Below are positions 37,427 through 50,934 of a stretch of 64,000 bases of DNA, piece after piece. Position numbers and translations under genes: made by a program. Source of the DNA: Tricharina praecox (lineage: Eukaryota); NCBI RefSeq assembly GCF_024521635.1, contig NW_026250415.1, forward strand, positions 806,001 to 870,000. The letters run 5' to 3'. Each line of letters begins with the position of its first letter. Within the stretch, counting starts at the first letter, position 1. The notes under the pieces were generated by a model. It made no database searches. It was not told the origin of the DNA and saw nothing but the letters and a program-made list of their open reading frames with translations.

Positions 37427-39590
37427 TTAGAACGCGCTGCCCACGATGTAACAATCCAGCACTGCGCTGCGTCCGCCCTCGACCGCCGCAACCGCCTCCT
37501 TCAGCTTCGGGCCTAGCTCTTCAACGCTCTTGACCGTGCCGCCCCAGATCTGTCCGCCTGCCGAGGCCACTGCGATTCCAGCCTATCACACATCAGCACT
37601 CACGTCCTTCCATTCTCTCACCCGCTTCTCACTCGAATGGGGGGTGGGGGGGGGGGGCTTACATAGTCCGGACTCGGATCGAAGCTGATATTGAGCTCCC
37701 CATTCGTCGCGCTAGCGGTGTAACCAGCTGGATGTACTAGCTGCGCGGACTTCCTCGGGGCGTTCCAACCGCTATTGTTCAACACGATGGTGAGGAACGG
37801 CACGCTGTAGCGGCGCGACATCCAGTAGACCGACGAGGGCACGCCGAACAGGAATGTGCCGTCACCCACGATTGCAGTTACAAATTTCGACTGGCCAGTG
37901 TGCATCAATCCCAGTTTCGCGCCGACGGAGGCCCCGCCGAACCAGCCGACTGTTGGATGGTTAGTAACTGTAACTCTGGGGGGAAGACGAGGGTAGTGGG
38001 GAAGGGGAAGGGGGAACTTACGCCCGCCGCCGCCGGAGTTGTAGATGCTCCCAGGCGCGCTGAGCTTGAGGTGGTCGAAGACGATGGCGGTCATGGTGAC
38101 GGCTTCGACCATGAATACGGAGTCTTTCGGTACGGCGTCGCGAATGCTGCCCATCAGGTAGTTGGCGCTTAGAGTTCCGTCTTTTAGTGGCTGCTCATCC
38201 TTTGCCAACTGCTCCTCTCGTGCCTTCAATTCTCCATCCAGCTCGGAGATCCTGGCAGAATTGACGGTGGAACCCTTGGAGGCGATGTACTCGTTCAACT
38301 GCCGCAACGCTGTCGTGGCGTCTGCCCTGTACCGCGCTTTGGCATTGACGTAGAAGACCGGCATTTGCTGCTTTAGTGGATCGACATCGATGTGGTAGAT
38401 GAGGGCCTTCTCGTTGGGTTTACATCTGGCTCGTTTGTCAGTTGCCACGGACCAACCGGAAAGAAGTGGAAATATATCTACACACCTCGTGGGAATGTAT
38501 GGGATATCAACGTCCAGCAGTAAGAGGACATCTGCCTCCGTGATCTTGTCGTGCACGCCGTACCGTACTCCCAAGTACGACCTGTGATCCGCCGGGAAAC
38601 ACAAATCGCTTCCCAGGGAGTCCAGCACCCTCGCCCCGACCGAATCCACCAGCTTCACCAGCTCGCCCACGGACTCTTCCTTCCGCCCCGAATACCCCAC
38701 GATGACTAGCGGGTCCTTTGCCGCCAACAAAGCATCACAAATAGTCCTCACGCCGTCTTGCGACAGCGCCGCCGGCTCAATCGGTGTCCAGTAGCTCTGA
38801 TCCAGCACATACGGCTCAATATCCTCCTCCATAACCTCTCTCGCGCCGACCAGGTATACAGGTCCCTTGGGATCACTTGTGGCAAAACTGAGCGCGCGAT
38901 TAACCATCTGCTTGATATTCCTGCCCGTCTTGATCTCGGCAGTGTAGCGGCAGTACTGTGCGACGATCTCCCGCTGGTTATGCACGTCCTGTGTCCAGTG
39001 GATGAACTCCGTCCTGGAGCCACGCATCTCTCCCTCCTGCGTAAACGGCGACAGGCCGGCAAAGATCAGAACGGGCGCCCGCCCCATCGACGCGTTGTGC
39101 ACCGCTGCTGCCAGCCCCTGCGTGCCCACGTCGACGTGCACGACGACCGCTTGCGGCTTGCCTGTTGTGAGCGCCATCCCGTGTGCGGCGGATAGCGCTA
39201 CCATCTAGTCTCCGGCGTACACTCGTAAGCATCCACACATGCACTCCATGGGGATGGACATATGCATGCGCACTCACCTCGTTGGGACACGTGATGATCT
39301 TGGGGAACGAGTCGGGTGTCTCCCGCTGGCCCTTCACCATGGCTTCCAATATACCTGTCGCACCACCACAGCCGTCAGTAATTGTACATACTTTGCTAGG
39401 ACCGAGTGTGTAGGTGTAGGAGGACTGTACTGGGATGGTCCGAGCCCAGGTTGACGAAACAATGGCTTACGCCGGCCTCCCACAGGGCTTCGAAGAAGGC
39501 AAACGAGGCGGTATACCTGCCCCCGTCGGTATGTGTTAGTCCACCAGATACTTGGAGCCAGCCGGGAAGAGGGCTTGTGGCGCTCACATG
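37427..39590 (-). CDS. Thiamine-diphosphate-dependent enzyme (acetolactate synthase / benzoylformate decarboxylase-like)
   Basis: MYTASFAFFEALWEAGVSHCFVNLGSDHPS, CPNE-MVALSAAHG (catalytic Glu), HVDVGTQGL, GDGTFLFG..LNNSGW TPP motif; about 6 introns; TAA at 37429-37427. Confidence 0.9.
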
Positions 39591-40922
39591 GCTATAGCGG
39601 ATCGGGGATATGAATAGGTTGTTGTTGATCGTTGTAAGTAGCGGGTTGAGGATTTCGGAGGTGATAATGGGGGACGCCGCGAGCTTTATGTAGCACTTGG
39701 GGTCTGGTATGATACAGTGATGGTGGTGGTGGTGGGGGGGGGGGCGCGGGGTGATGATCATCGACCGCTTCGGACCACGCATATGGATAATGGAGTCCCA
39801 GGTGCCTGACACCTGATCAGGCCCCTCCCCCCCTCTCCCCGTGCCTACCCTTCCCACCCTAGGTACCCTATGTATGGAAACCCCTCTAAACCAACCCTTC
39901 GCCAGCCAATAGTCCTCCGGCAGTCCCTGGCCATCATGGGCCATGCACATCTCGGTCCCGTCCGGCCAGTGTTATTCTCGCGGTCGGTTCATGTGATCAG
40001 CCCAATCCCTTGCCTTCCGCCTGTTCGGAGCTGTTGTGGACTAGGTAGGCAAGGCGTCAGAACGGATGTGACGTTGGAGCTTGGAGCTTGGAGCTGCGGC
40101 GCGGTTACATTCTGGTGGAGGCGGCGCTGGGTAATGCCGCGGGAAGCCGACGCCAGCACCCGCGACAGGCAGGCATGGGCTAGTTAGGGCGAAATAGCTA
40201 CCGGTAATAGTAGGCATTCTACTCTAGCCTGGGGAACTTCATGTTGCACTTTCCAACTCTCCTCCGCAGGAGTAATTGCGACGGATGGTAGCGGGCTTGA
40301 GGCGGGGTGCGGATAGACTCATAGAGTACGGTGTAGATAGTTGGTTAGGGCCAACGGAGCTTGCCGCAACCATTCATCTTCGTCACAACACAACGTTCGC
40401 GATCTCCGCTGCGGCTACACTTATACATACAACCTAACCTTCCCCACAATAGTCCAAAGCTCCCGCCTTCCCTCTAATCTAGAGCCAACTGTAGCAGATA
40501 ACTACAGCTTCGGTTGAAGCAACGACGTTTGACGAGTGACAGACTATGTACGAACGGAAACGCCCAACTCTTGCCTGCCCTGTCCTGACTCTGCATACCC
40601 GAGGTGTCAGGGATTTACCCCACAAAACGGCTCCACATGGCGAGATGATGGATGGAGGTGATGGGGGTGAAGGTTATGTACGGGACGGGACAAGACGGGA
40701 CGGAGCGGTGATGCATCGGTTTGTCTCATCGGCAGAGGGGCTATGTACCCCAGCTATCAAACAGAATGAATAGAAATCCCATGATGGGCGAAAATTCACT
40801 GTTAGGTATTCAAACTACATATCATATCCGCCCCATGCTCTATGCTATGTACGGACCACTCCCACCGCATATATGCACCCACATAAACAAACACCCCACA
40901 AAAACGCTTCATACATTGCAAA

Positions 40923-42149
40923 TTACAACTTCGCCGGCATCTCAGCATGCTTCTCGTTCACCAGAACGAACCTATATCTCGGGGCGCCCTCCTCGAACGC
41001 CACCACAGCCTCGTTGACCTTGGTCATAGGCCAGAGGTTGACCCAGCTGTGCACGGCCTTCTTATCTGCCAGCTCGATCATCTCCCTGATCTCATTCGGG
41101 CTACCAATCATGGACCCACCGACCTTAACCCCGCGTCCAATGAGCACCATAGCGCTGAGCGCCGGTAGCTTATCCTCCGGCGCGCCGACCTGAATGAACT
41201 GCCCATGTGTGCGGAGTAGGTTGAGGTACCCATCGAGCGGCATATTCGGCGAAGAGACGGTGCAGACAATGAGGTCTAGGGAGCGGGCATGCGTCTTCGC
41301 CCAGTTCTCGTCCTCGTCCGTCGAGATGTACAGGTCCGCGCCCATTTTGAGCGCGTCCGCCCGCTTGCTCGCCTTGCGCGAGATCGCGACGACAGTGTCA
41401 GCCCCTAGGGCCCGCGCGAACAACACGCCGAAGTGCCCGAGCCCGCCGAGGCCGACGATGCCGACCTTCTTGCCCGGGCCGCACCCGTTACGTGCCAAGG
41501 GGCTGTAGACGGTCACTCCGCCGCACAGCATCGGCGCGATGATTTCCGACGGAAGGGAGATGTGCGACAGCTGGATCACGAAGTGTGACGGTACCCGAGC
41601 GTAGTCGGCGTACCCGCCGTAGGACATACTGCCGTCGGGGGTACTTGCCGACGTATGTTGTGACCATTCCTTTGCACTGTTTGGAGAGACATCAGCATGG
41701 GTTTCCTCGGTATGGAGGGGGAGAGAGGGGGGGCTATGCATACGTATGACTCGTTGTCAGCGGAACACTCCTCACAGTCGGCCTTCAAGCACGAGGCGCT
41801 CTGGGCACCGACACCGACGCGGTCTCCGACCTTGATGCTCTCGACTTTGCTGCCGACCTTGACGGCGGTGCCGACAATCTCGTGGCCGACAACGCACGGG
41901 TAGGGGGTTGCTCCCCAGCCGGACCGCAGCGTGTGCAGGTCGCTTCCTGTGAGGCCAGTCCTGTCAGATAATCTACTCATGACCATGGATGGCAGAGGTG
42001 AACTTACCACAGATACCGCAGTGCGTGATCTTGATGTCGACGTCGGTCTCCTCGAAAGGCTTCACGTTGTACTCCTGCTCCACCAGGTTTCCGACCGAGT
42101 TGGCATCGAGGCCCACCCATCCGCTGAACTTGTACTCGGCAGTAGTCAT
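40923..42149 (-). CDS. Zn-dependent NADP(H) alcohol dehydrogenase (ADH6/cinnamyl-ADH family)
   Basis: CGICGSDLH, VVGHEIVG, GDRVGVGAQ, structural Zn Cys cluster, APMLCGGVTVYSPL, GLGGLGHFG, RYRFVL; 2 introns; C-terminus AKL. Confidence 0.95.
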
Positions 42150-45008
42150 GATGTCTGAAGTCGTAGTGATAGGTATAGGTATAGGTATAGGTGCGGTCGG
42201 TCTGATTGATTCGAAGAGGTAGAGCGTGTAGGATGTGAAGATGGAACTCAAGCTGCTATGGAACTTCCAACACCAGCGTCGGGGGCGGGACAGCAGAGCT
42301 TTTGTAGTATTTCGCACAGCCCAGCAGCTCCCACCATAACGTGGCTTCTTCTTTCTTCATGGCATCGATCGTACGGTACGGTACATAGTTTACCCACGCA
42401 TCGCCACCGCGCTCATCGAGAACCCGTCCAGTTCCAGTTCAGACTAACTAGGGGAAAATTCTTCGCCTAACGCTTCACCTCCCCTCCCCTCCCCTCTCCT
42501 CCCCTCCAGAGTCTTCCTTCAGGTTCAGGGTCCAACGTAACTACGTATCTAAAATCCGGGCGTTAACACCGGATCCGACCGAGCTGCGGTTAATTCTTCA
42601 CAACTGTGAATCGCCGCCAAACGCACAAGCTTGGCTGGCTGGCTGGCTGGCTTATAAACCCACTTGCGAAGAAAGAAGCATGCGAAAGTTCGTGATGTCA
42701 TGTTGGTGTGTAAGTACCTACATACAGTACTTTACATGGAGCACCTTCCATGTGGTGGCCAGGAATTTCGCATCGCATCGCGGCAGCCTCGGGAAGTCGC
42801 GATCCCTGTACATAGGCTGCTGCTGCTTCCCACGCCAGCCGTTAGATCCTGATTGAGATCTGCCCGACTCGACTCCCAACTACGGTAGGTAGTCCGGACC
42901 GGACGGCGAGATTCTGGAAGGTTCGGTTCTTCGGCTCGTCGATTGTTTGATCCTGCAATTCTTCGATTCTGCGATTCTTCGATCGCAATCGCTGGGGGCG
43001 TTCGAGCTCAAGCTCGAGTGATGGATCGAACTACCTGCTTACATACCTAAGGTAGTACAAAGCTCCGGTCAGAGTGCAGACCAGACAGGCTTTACTCTAC
43101 TCTACGGCCACGAGGCGTGAGGATACACAGGTATTTTTGCTCTGCTCTGGCAGCTCTGCTCTGCACGTGTCCCGGAAAAACGGTTTCTCCATTCTCCGCT
43201 ACGTGTCGGGCTGGGGAGTGGACGTTGGCGTCCCACTTGTAGTGGGGTTGCGCTTACCGAACGGGATGCCGGTCTAGCTATGCGGTGGAGTAAGGCGTTA
43301 CATGTATCTTATCTCCGGCTGCGCTGCGTGGAGTGCGGGCGGGTCGGCGGGCGTCCCGCATATTCGCTGCCAGCAGCAACAAGAAGCAGCAGAGGGAAGA
43401 CTGTGGCATTTTCCCGATGGTGGATTCTGGACAGACTACGTACTCGGGTGTAAGGGTAAGTGCTGCCTCACCAGTTTTTCCCCCATACAGCTTAGCGTTT
43501 TTCCCCATACAACTTAGTCACAACTACTCACTCATTTCATTGTATCTGGCTTAGTGTGCTGCTAATATAGACTAGTGCTTATAATTCGTAATGGTGGTGA
43601 GGCACCACTTATTGGCAGCTCCTGGTACAGGGGAGAAAGGAAGAAGGGATATTCACTGGGTGCGCAGTGGCGCGAAACTCTGCGACGCTGCAACGCTGCA
43701 ACGCTGCAACGGACGCACGGCAACAGCGGGGTTCAAACTCCTGCCGTTTGCACTTGCAGCGTGGTCCGGAAGGGTGGGCTGGTTCGCCACAGCAATGTAT
43801 GTAAGTGGGTACTGTAGTCTGGACTCTGGACTCTGGAGTCTGGAAAGGTTTTATGTACGCGAAATAGATTGATGGTTTCCGAATACCTACGGTACCCTAC
43901 ACCTGTCCTCGTCTTCCCCGAGTCCTGTGTAGGTACTCGAAATAGTGGTGTCCTCCCACCACCTGTACATTCTTACCAGTTCCTCCAATTAATCCACAAT
44001 GAACGGCGACTCTCTCATCTCTTCTCCTCCTCTCCGGGGACCTCTCGCCCAACATTCGTGCTCCCTCCAGACCTCTAGCATAACTGAGCTGCATCTTTCG
44101 TCTGCAAATATTTCACATATGTAAACCTTAGCCTTCCATTTCTTCATTTTTCCCCTCATGCGCTCGCAGGATTGTACAATTCTCGAGAAGATGCTCTCGG
44201 GTCTGCTTAGTGCAGCATCTGGCACCGCACCGTGCCGTGAAGTCTAAGGAGGTGGACGATGTGTTGGCTTGAGCACAAGGAGGTGTAGGTATTGCACAGA
44301 TTTCGTGGTTTACAAAAGGACACTGGAAAGGTTATCGAGCAGTTGTCCACTGCCTACCTAGTTGTTTTCCCACCTACGGAAAGGTCCATCTCCACGGCCC
44401 GAATGGACTAGCTGATCAAGCGACGTTGCGTTCCTTGCCGAAAGCCGGAGACCGACGGATGCCTGAGTTCTATCAGGCCGAAAGCCAATGGATGCCTGAG
44501 TCCGATCGGGAGCAGTGGCTCTTGAGGCGAGGGGTCACGGCTCGGGTGTGTACGATATGGCATCCGCTATGGTTACCAACATTCCTCGGGAGTTGGGTAT
44601 GTACAGCGATCGCCATGCACACTTAAACTCATGCTGCGTGTGCTCGGGCTTGCGCAAAACCGGGGTCAACCGTCAAACGTGCGCAGTCCGAGTGATTTCT
44701 CAGAAACCCGTGAACAGGCATCAATACCGTATTCTGGTCAACAACCGACCCATCGCAGTTCACGTCGCCTCCCCCATCACATCAACACTTACACTCACCC
44801 AGGACCGCAGCTTGCGACACCTCTTACATACTTCGTACAGAGCAAAAATGAACAATGTTACAACGATATGAATTTTCCGTTCCCGGTCATGCAGAGATAC
44901 AACAAAGGAAACCCATGAGAAAAAGAGAAAAGAAAAAAACAAAACAAACAAACTGAAAAGCAGATGAAACTATAAACTCCTGATTCTTTTTTCAACTTCA
45001 GTATGTAT

Positions 45009-48000
45009 CTACGTAATATTGAAGACCTTCTTGAGGTTGACAAGCAGATGCCAATCCTCCTTCGCCACCTCGTCCCTGTAGAACTTTTTCAGCGTGTCGA
45101 TGGTGAGACGGCTGATCTGCGAGTAGAGCACATCCTTCTCGTCCAGATGTCGTCCGTACGTGGGCTGATTGGGTCCTTCGATCTTGATGGCAACACTGGG
45201 GGAGCCCTTCTTGGCGATCGGGATGTTCTTGTGGTTGAGCTGGATGCTGGTCACACGGCCGAGCAGGACGGATTCCATCTCGCCCGTGAGAGGGTTCTTC
45301 TTGACGGCGGCTATGGGCGTTCCCATGCGGAGCGAGCCCTCGACAACATCGACACCGAGAACGATCGGGTCCTTCTTCATGAAGACGGCAACCGTGTTCA
45401 GAATGCAAGGGAAAACGGCCTGCGCAGCGGCTTCGAGACGTTGAGCTTCCAGCATTTCCTACCGCACAAATCCAATTAGAGTGTATTACACTTATTAGAG
45501 TGCGGGCAAACAAACCTTCTGATGAGCTGTGAAGTTGTCGAACAAGTGGTAGATAATCTCAGCACTGAAGATCTTGACACCGACTTCTTCGGCGTATTGT
45601 GTCGCTTCCTTGTCAATCTTGACGTCGAAGCAGAGCATGACAGCATATCTGCAAATCAGATTAGCCAAAGGGCATCAACTGTGGCTGGGTGGAATGAATT
45701 GCATACTCCTTGTGTTTCTCCAACATGACACCAGCTCGCATAACGTCACGCTTGAAAACGGGACCGATAGAGATAGTGCTAACGGGAATCTTGCTGACCC
45801 GCAAGAACTCGAGCAACGCCTCCAAGGAACCCAGAGTGGACGCCTGGACGGCCACACCAACACCCGAAGTAGAAACTCTGCTCAACAAGTTCTCGAGATC
45901 TCCCATGATCTCCTCCTCGAGATCCTCCTCATCGTCGTCGGGTCCAACGACCAACAGTCTCGAACCAGCAATAGCACCCTCAAGATCGTTGGCAGCGATC
46001 TTGACTCCCATGGCTGCCTTGATTTCCTTGTGGTGGACGTACTGCCCCTTGACACGCATCTCTTTCATCGGCTGTGGTGTCAACAGTGCTCTGATGTTGG
46101 TCGAAATCGCGCCGTTCAGTCCACAGACGACTATTCGGTCTCCCTCATGCAATACACCGTTACTCAAGATAACATCGATGGTGGTTCCCAGACCCTCGAC
46201 AACCTTGACTTCGAGAACGGTACACTCCAAGCTCGAGAGGTACATCAACTTCCCGGCCATCCTCTGCTGGGTCAATTCGACCAGGAGCTTGAGCATATCG
46301 GGAATTCCCTCTCCAGTATGTGCGGACGTGGGCACGAGAGACACGAACTTGGCAATGCTCTTGTTCTCCCAGTACAGCTCGGAATTGAGTCCCTGCTCGG
46401 CAAAAGCAAGCTTTGTCTTCTCGAGACGGTCGCGGAACTCGTTCTGAACAGACTTCTTCTGCTTGGCCAGCGACATCTGGAATCCATTGTTGGGAATTGG
46501 GTTCCAGCCGTAGAGACGATCAATCTAAACCAGTCAATCACATCGTTACATTTAATAGGCTGAAGAGACGAACCTTGTTCAATGCGACGATGAAAGGAGT
46601 CTTCTTGTCTCGCAGCAGTCGGATGGACTCGAGCGTCTGGGGTTCAAGACCGTGCATGATATCAACGACCAGAATGGCGATGTTACAAAGCGAAGATCCA
46701 CGAGATCGGAGGTTCGTGAAAGACTCGTGACCAGGCGTGTCGATGACGAGCAAACCCGGAGTCTTGAACTCCATTTCGCCCTTAGGATCCACAACCGCAG
46801 TTTTCGTCTTGATGGCTTCTGTAGGGAAGTAAGTTGCACCAATCTGCTGGGTAATACCACCGGCTTCTCCCTCCTGAACATTGGTCTGACGAATCTTGTC
46901 CAGAAGCTTCGTTTTGCCGGTATCGACGTGTCCCAGAATACAACAAATAGGAGAACGAAGATTGTCCGTGGATGCGGCCGCCTTGGCTTCCTCAAGTTTA
47001 GCTTCTCTCCGCTTGGCCGCCTCAGCTTTCCTCTGAGCTTCTTGTTTTTGGGTCGCCGTAAGCTCCTCGTCAGAATCATCCGAATCATCGTCATCGTCAT
47101 CATCATCGTCTTCATCCTCATCCTCGTCTTCCTCTTTCCCTGTGGGTTTCTTGGTATCCTTTTCTGCTCCATTCGCTACCCAACATTAGTACATATGGAA
47201 CAACTGGTGAATCGGAGCCGTGCTTACCTGCTGTCTTCTCGTCATCACTGTCGTCATCCCAAGATTCCTTGATATCACCATCCTCGCCGATTGCATCTTC
47301 CCAACTTTCAAGAATGCCCTCCTCCGCCTTGGCCTTGGCAGCTGCCTCCTCGGCTTCTTTTAGTTTCTGAGCCTCTTCCGCAGCCTTCTTGGCTTGCTTC
47401 TCGGCTTCTATCCGTTCCTTCTCCTCCTTCAGTCTCTTTTCATCGGCAGCTTTGGCCTCAGCCTCGGCCTTTGCCTTTTCTGCCGCTCCACCCTTCTTCT
47501 TCTTCTTGTCGTTGACAGGCTTCTTGGGTCTGTCGGGGGCGTCCAATGCTTGCACGATCATACCGGCATCACGCATCTGCTGTAACCGCAGCTCGGCTCT
47601 CTTTGCCGCCTCCTTCTGTGCCGGCGTCATGTATTTACCCTCCTTCTTGAGCTGTTCCTTCTTCTCTCTTTCCTTCTCCTTTTTCCGTGCCTTGGCTTCC
47701 TCCTTCCGCTTCTCTTCCTCCGCGATAAGACGTTCCTCTTCCTCGGCCTGTTTTCGCTCCTCCTCTTCCTGTCGCAGTCTCTCCGCTTCCTGTAGACGAA
47801 GGAGCTCCTGTTTCTTGGCGAGCGCCGCAAGGGCACCTGTGAGCTTCTTCGGCTTTCCACCGGCGGCGGCGGCAGGCTTCGCGGGGGCGGGAGTGGCGGC
47901 AGCGGGAGCGACTTCTGTAGGGGCGGCCTCAGCAGCGGCGGCAGGAGCAGCTGCAGGTGCGGTGCCCTTCTTCTTCGCAGCCTATTGCTGTGGTCAACAA

Positions 48001-48586
48001 TCGGTGAACACTTAAAATTGTCATAGCCGGAACCAACCTGCTCCTTCTTCCTCTGTTTCTCTCTTTCCTTCTTCTCTTTCTCTTTTTCTTTCTTCGTCTT
48101 CACCCTTCCGCCATCCTCCTCGTTGTTCGGCGTGGCGGTTCCAGAGTCGGCAGCAGGAGCAGCAACAGCGGGAGCCTGCTTGCCACCCTTCTTGCCCTTC
48201 TTGACGGGACCAAAGTCATCCTCATCGATCTCGGTGATCTCGGTGGGGGCGTGGGAAAACGGAGAAGCCACATCAGCTGGCGTGCCGGAACCATCAGGTG
48301 TCGCATCTTCGTCGTCGAGGGCCACGGCCGTAGGAGCTGACTTCTTTCCCTTCTTTTTCTTGTTGGCCTGGTTCTTCTTGAGGGCGGCGAGGAGTCCGCC
48401 GCCGCCGAAATCATCCTCTGTAGCCTCTGTAGGAGCAGCAGGGCCGGGCGCAGGAGCAGTCTCTTCCTCCTTCTCGGCTTCGACTGGGGCGGCGTCGGCG
48501 GTCTTATCCACTGGGACGGCCGTCTCAACTTCTTCCTCCCACGAGTCGTCGCGGACCTTCTTGTTCTTCTTGTCCTTTTTCGCCAT
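45009..48586 (-). CDS. FUN12: Translation initiation factor eIF5B
   Basis: Charged N-terminus, [61 protein letters not shown]; 5 introns. Confidence 0.97.
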
Positions 48587-49568
48587 GATGAAGTGTGTCT
48601 TTTGCGGGAACTATTACGAGCCGGCGATTGATCTCGGTGGTGGTCTGGAAGTTGGTTGAGCGGAGGGTTGCTGAGTCGTTGACCAGGATGAAGTTGAAGT
48701 GGGGCACTCTGGTTGTAGAATAGTGGGGATAGTGACTTTGGTTTGCTAACGCCGGCACTTACGCAAAAGAAATGTGTCTGATCTGGCAATGCACCAAGAG
48801 ATGGATCCAAGAGGCAGAGCAAACTGAATGGGGATCGGCCTTTTGCATGTTTTTTCTAGGTGTGTCACGAGACCGCGTTCCCTGCTTAGTAAGTGGCACA
48901 TGACACTTGGCGACTCATCATGTGTCTGCTGCTCCGCGGTGTGGCTGCTGCTTTCTATTGTGGCTGCTGCTTCCTATTGTGGCTGCAGTGGCGGCGGATA
49001 GCGGATGCGAGTGGCGAGTGGCGAGTGGCGGTGGCTGAAGCATGCTTTCGTCACAAGGTCAAACTGAATGCGAGGAGGCGCGAGATGCAGCACGGACAAG
49101 TCCAAAGCAACACAAATCTCAACGGTCAAATATCTTCCGCCTCCCTTCCCACCCTTTGGAAGAACTCAAAGAAAGGACTTCTTCTACGCGCTCGCAGCCC
49201 CCACTCGATCAAGCCATTCCTCCAGCCCAGCATTACGACACCCCGCCTCGTCCACAAACGGTACCACTCCTACTAATTGCCCTTGGGTACCCACCGGTAT
49301 TTAGTATTGCATTGTCCTGCTCCGCTCTCCTGCACACTTGTCTCCTACACTTCTGCGCACTTCTCTCCTACACTTCTGCACCACTCTCCACTCTGCCTAC
49401 CACTCCGTCAGCTCCTCGCTCTCTGCATCCACACTGCAGACGCAACAATCCCAGCTCCAGCTCACCCTCACCTTCCCCCACAGCTACCCCTGCTCTCAGC
49501 GTCGCGGGGCGTCAGCGGCGTAACCCATCGTTCCTCGTCGCCACTCCAGCTCCAGCTCCAGCTCCACG

Positions 49569-50549
49569 ATGCCAGTCAAGGTGGTGATCATTGGCGTAGC
49601 AGCCGCGGCAGCAGTGGGAGCAGTTGTGTGGCGCAACCGCGAGCAGATATTGGAAGTCGCGGAGCAGACCCGCGACGAAGTTAGAGAATTTGCGGGCGAG
49701 AGAATCGCCGAGCTCGCCGAGCTCTTGCGACGCGTGGCCGACAAAATCTCGCCGGAGAGGCAGGAACAAATACCCATGCGCGGCCGCGCTTTCGGGTTCT
49801 CCCCACCGTCGTCGCCGAGCTCTTCGTACAGGAGTGGAAGTCCTCTTAGGTCTTCGACCAATCCGTTCGCCAACCCCCAGGCCAACTCACCTTCGGGTTC
49901 TCGCAATTCGGGGTTCTACCAGCAGCCCCCAGTGGCTACGGGACGTGACAGCGAGCACGCGGACGGTCTGCGACTCCGAGGTGCTGGCGGCGTCGTACCA
50001 GTGCCACCAGCACCACCAGCTGTTTCCCTCGATAATGACCACAAAGAAGAGCCACGGGCGCCCAGCGTTGCCTCCAGCACCTCCACAATCCCGTCCCCAG
50101 CCGTTGTATCACCACCCGCGCACGTCGTCTCGATCCCGCAATCACCCAGCGTCGAAACGCTCGTCGCGGTCTCCGCGGTGTCGCAGCAGCTCCCCTCAGC
50201 GTCAGAAACCATATCCTTCCACTCCACCTCCACCACGCCGACCATCTCCTCCGGCTCCTCAGCCGTAGCCGCAGCCGTAGCCGCAGCCGTAACCCCGCCA
50301 GCAACAGTAGTAACCAACCCCTTCGAGAACCCGCAGCCATTCTGGAACATCCCCGAGTGGCAGGAAAACACCGTGGTGGAGGCGCTCGACGACACGCCGT
50401 CTTCGTCGCCTAGCTTGGCCGGCAGCGCTGCCGACGAACTCCTCGATACCATGTCGGATCTGGCTAGTGAGTCGGGAAGCGAGGGCAGTGAGGGCAGCTG
50501 GATGGAGGTCGCGAGCGTCACTAGTGATGATGATATGATCAACCATTAA
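49569..50549 (+). CDS. Hypothetical signal-anchored Ser/Pro-rich protein
   Basis: Intronless 326-aa ORF; hydrophobic VVIIGVAAAAAVGAVVW at the N-terminus, a charged helix, a low-complexity tail and an acidic C-terminus. Confidence 0.75.
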   Translation: MPVKVVIIGVAAAAAVGAVVWRNREQILEVAEQTRDEVREFAGERIAELAELLRRVADKISPERQEQIPMRGRAFGFSPPSSPSSSYRSGSPLRSSTNPFANPQANSPSGSRNSGFYQQPPVATGRDSEHADGLRLRGAGGVVPVPPAPPAVSLDNDHKEEPRAPSVASSTSTIPSPAVVSPPAHVVSIPQSPSVETLVAVSAVSQQLPSASETISFHSTSTTPTISSGSSAVAAAVAAAVTPPATVVTNPFENPQPFWNIPEWQENTVVEALDDTPSSSPSLAGSAADELLDTMSDLASESGSEGSEGSWMEVASVTSDDDMINH

Positions 50550-50934
50550 GTGCAAGGCGGTGGCTTGTGTTCGATTCTTCGTGTCAATGCTTGATTTTTG
50601 TGTTTCGGTCTGATTCTCTTCGGTTTGCTTTCCTGTCGGCTCGTCCATTGTTTTTCCATGTTACATTTGACGTACAAGTGAACCTCTAGGGAGGTGGGAG
50701 GTGGGAGGTGGGAGGTGGGAAGTGGGGAGTGGGGGGTGGGGAAGGCATTCCCTTTGAAAGGACGAGTACGAGCACGGGCACGGGTGGACAAGCTGGTGAC
50801 AGTGATGGTGTTGGTGGGTGGGATACTTACGCTCTACATTCTTACTCGTGAATCGTGATATTTCTTTCATATTGTTCTTCTTCGCATTTCTTCTTATTTC
50901 ACTTGGATTGGAAACATACATTTGGGTGTTCTTG

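Noticed and set aside
39780..39830. TPP-riboswitch-like fragments (ggataat, acctgatcagg) upstream of the TPP enzyme
   Set aside because: Wrong order, opposite strand to the gene, and no P1-P5 pairing.
37427..42149. TPP enzyme plus ADH as an Ehrlich-type decarboxylase/reductase cluster
   Set aside because: Adjacency is the only evidence, the TPP enzyme's substrate is unknown, and no transporter or regulator is linked; would need synteny data.
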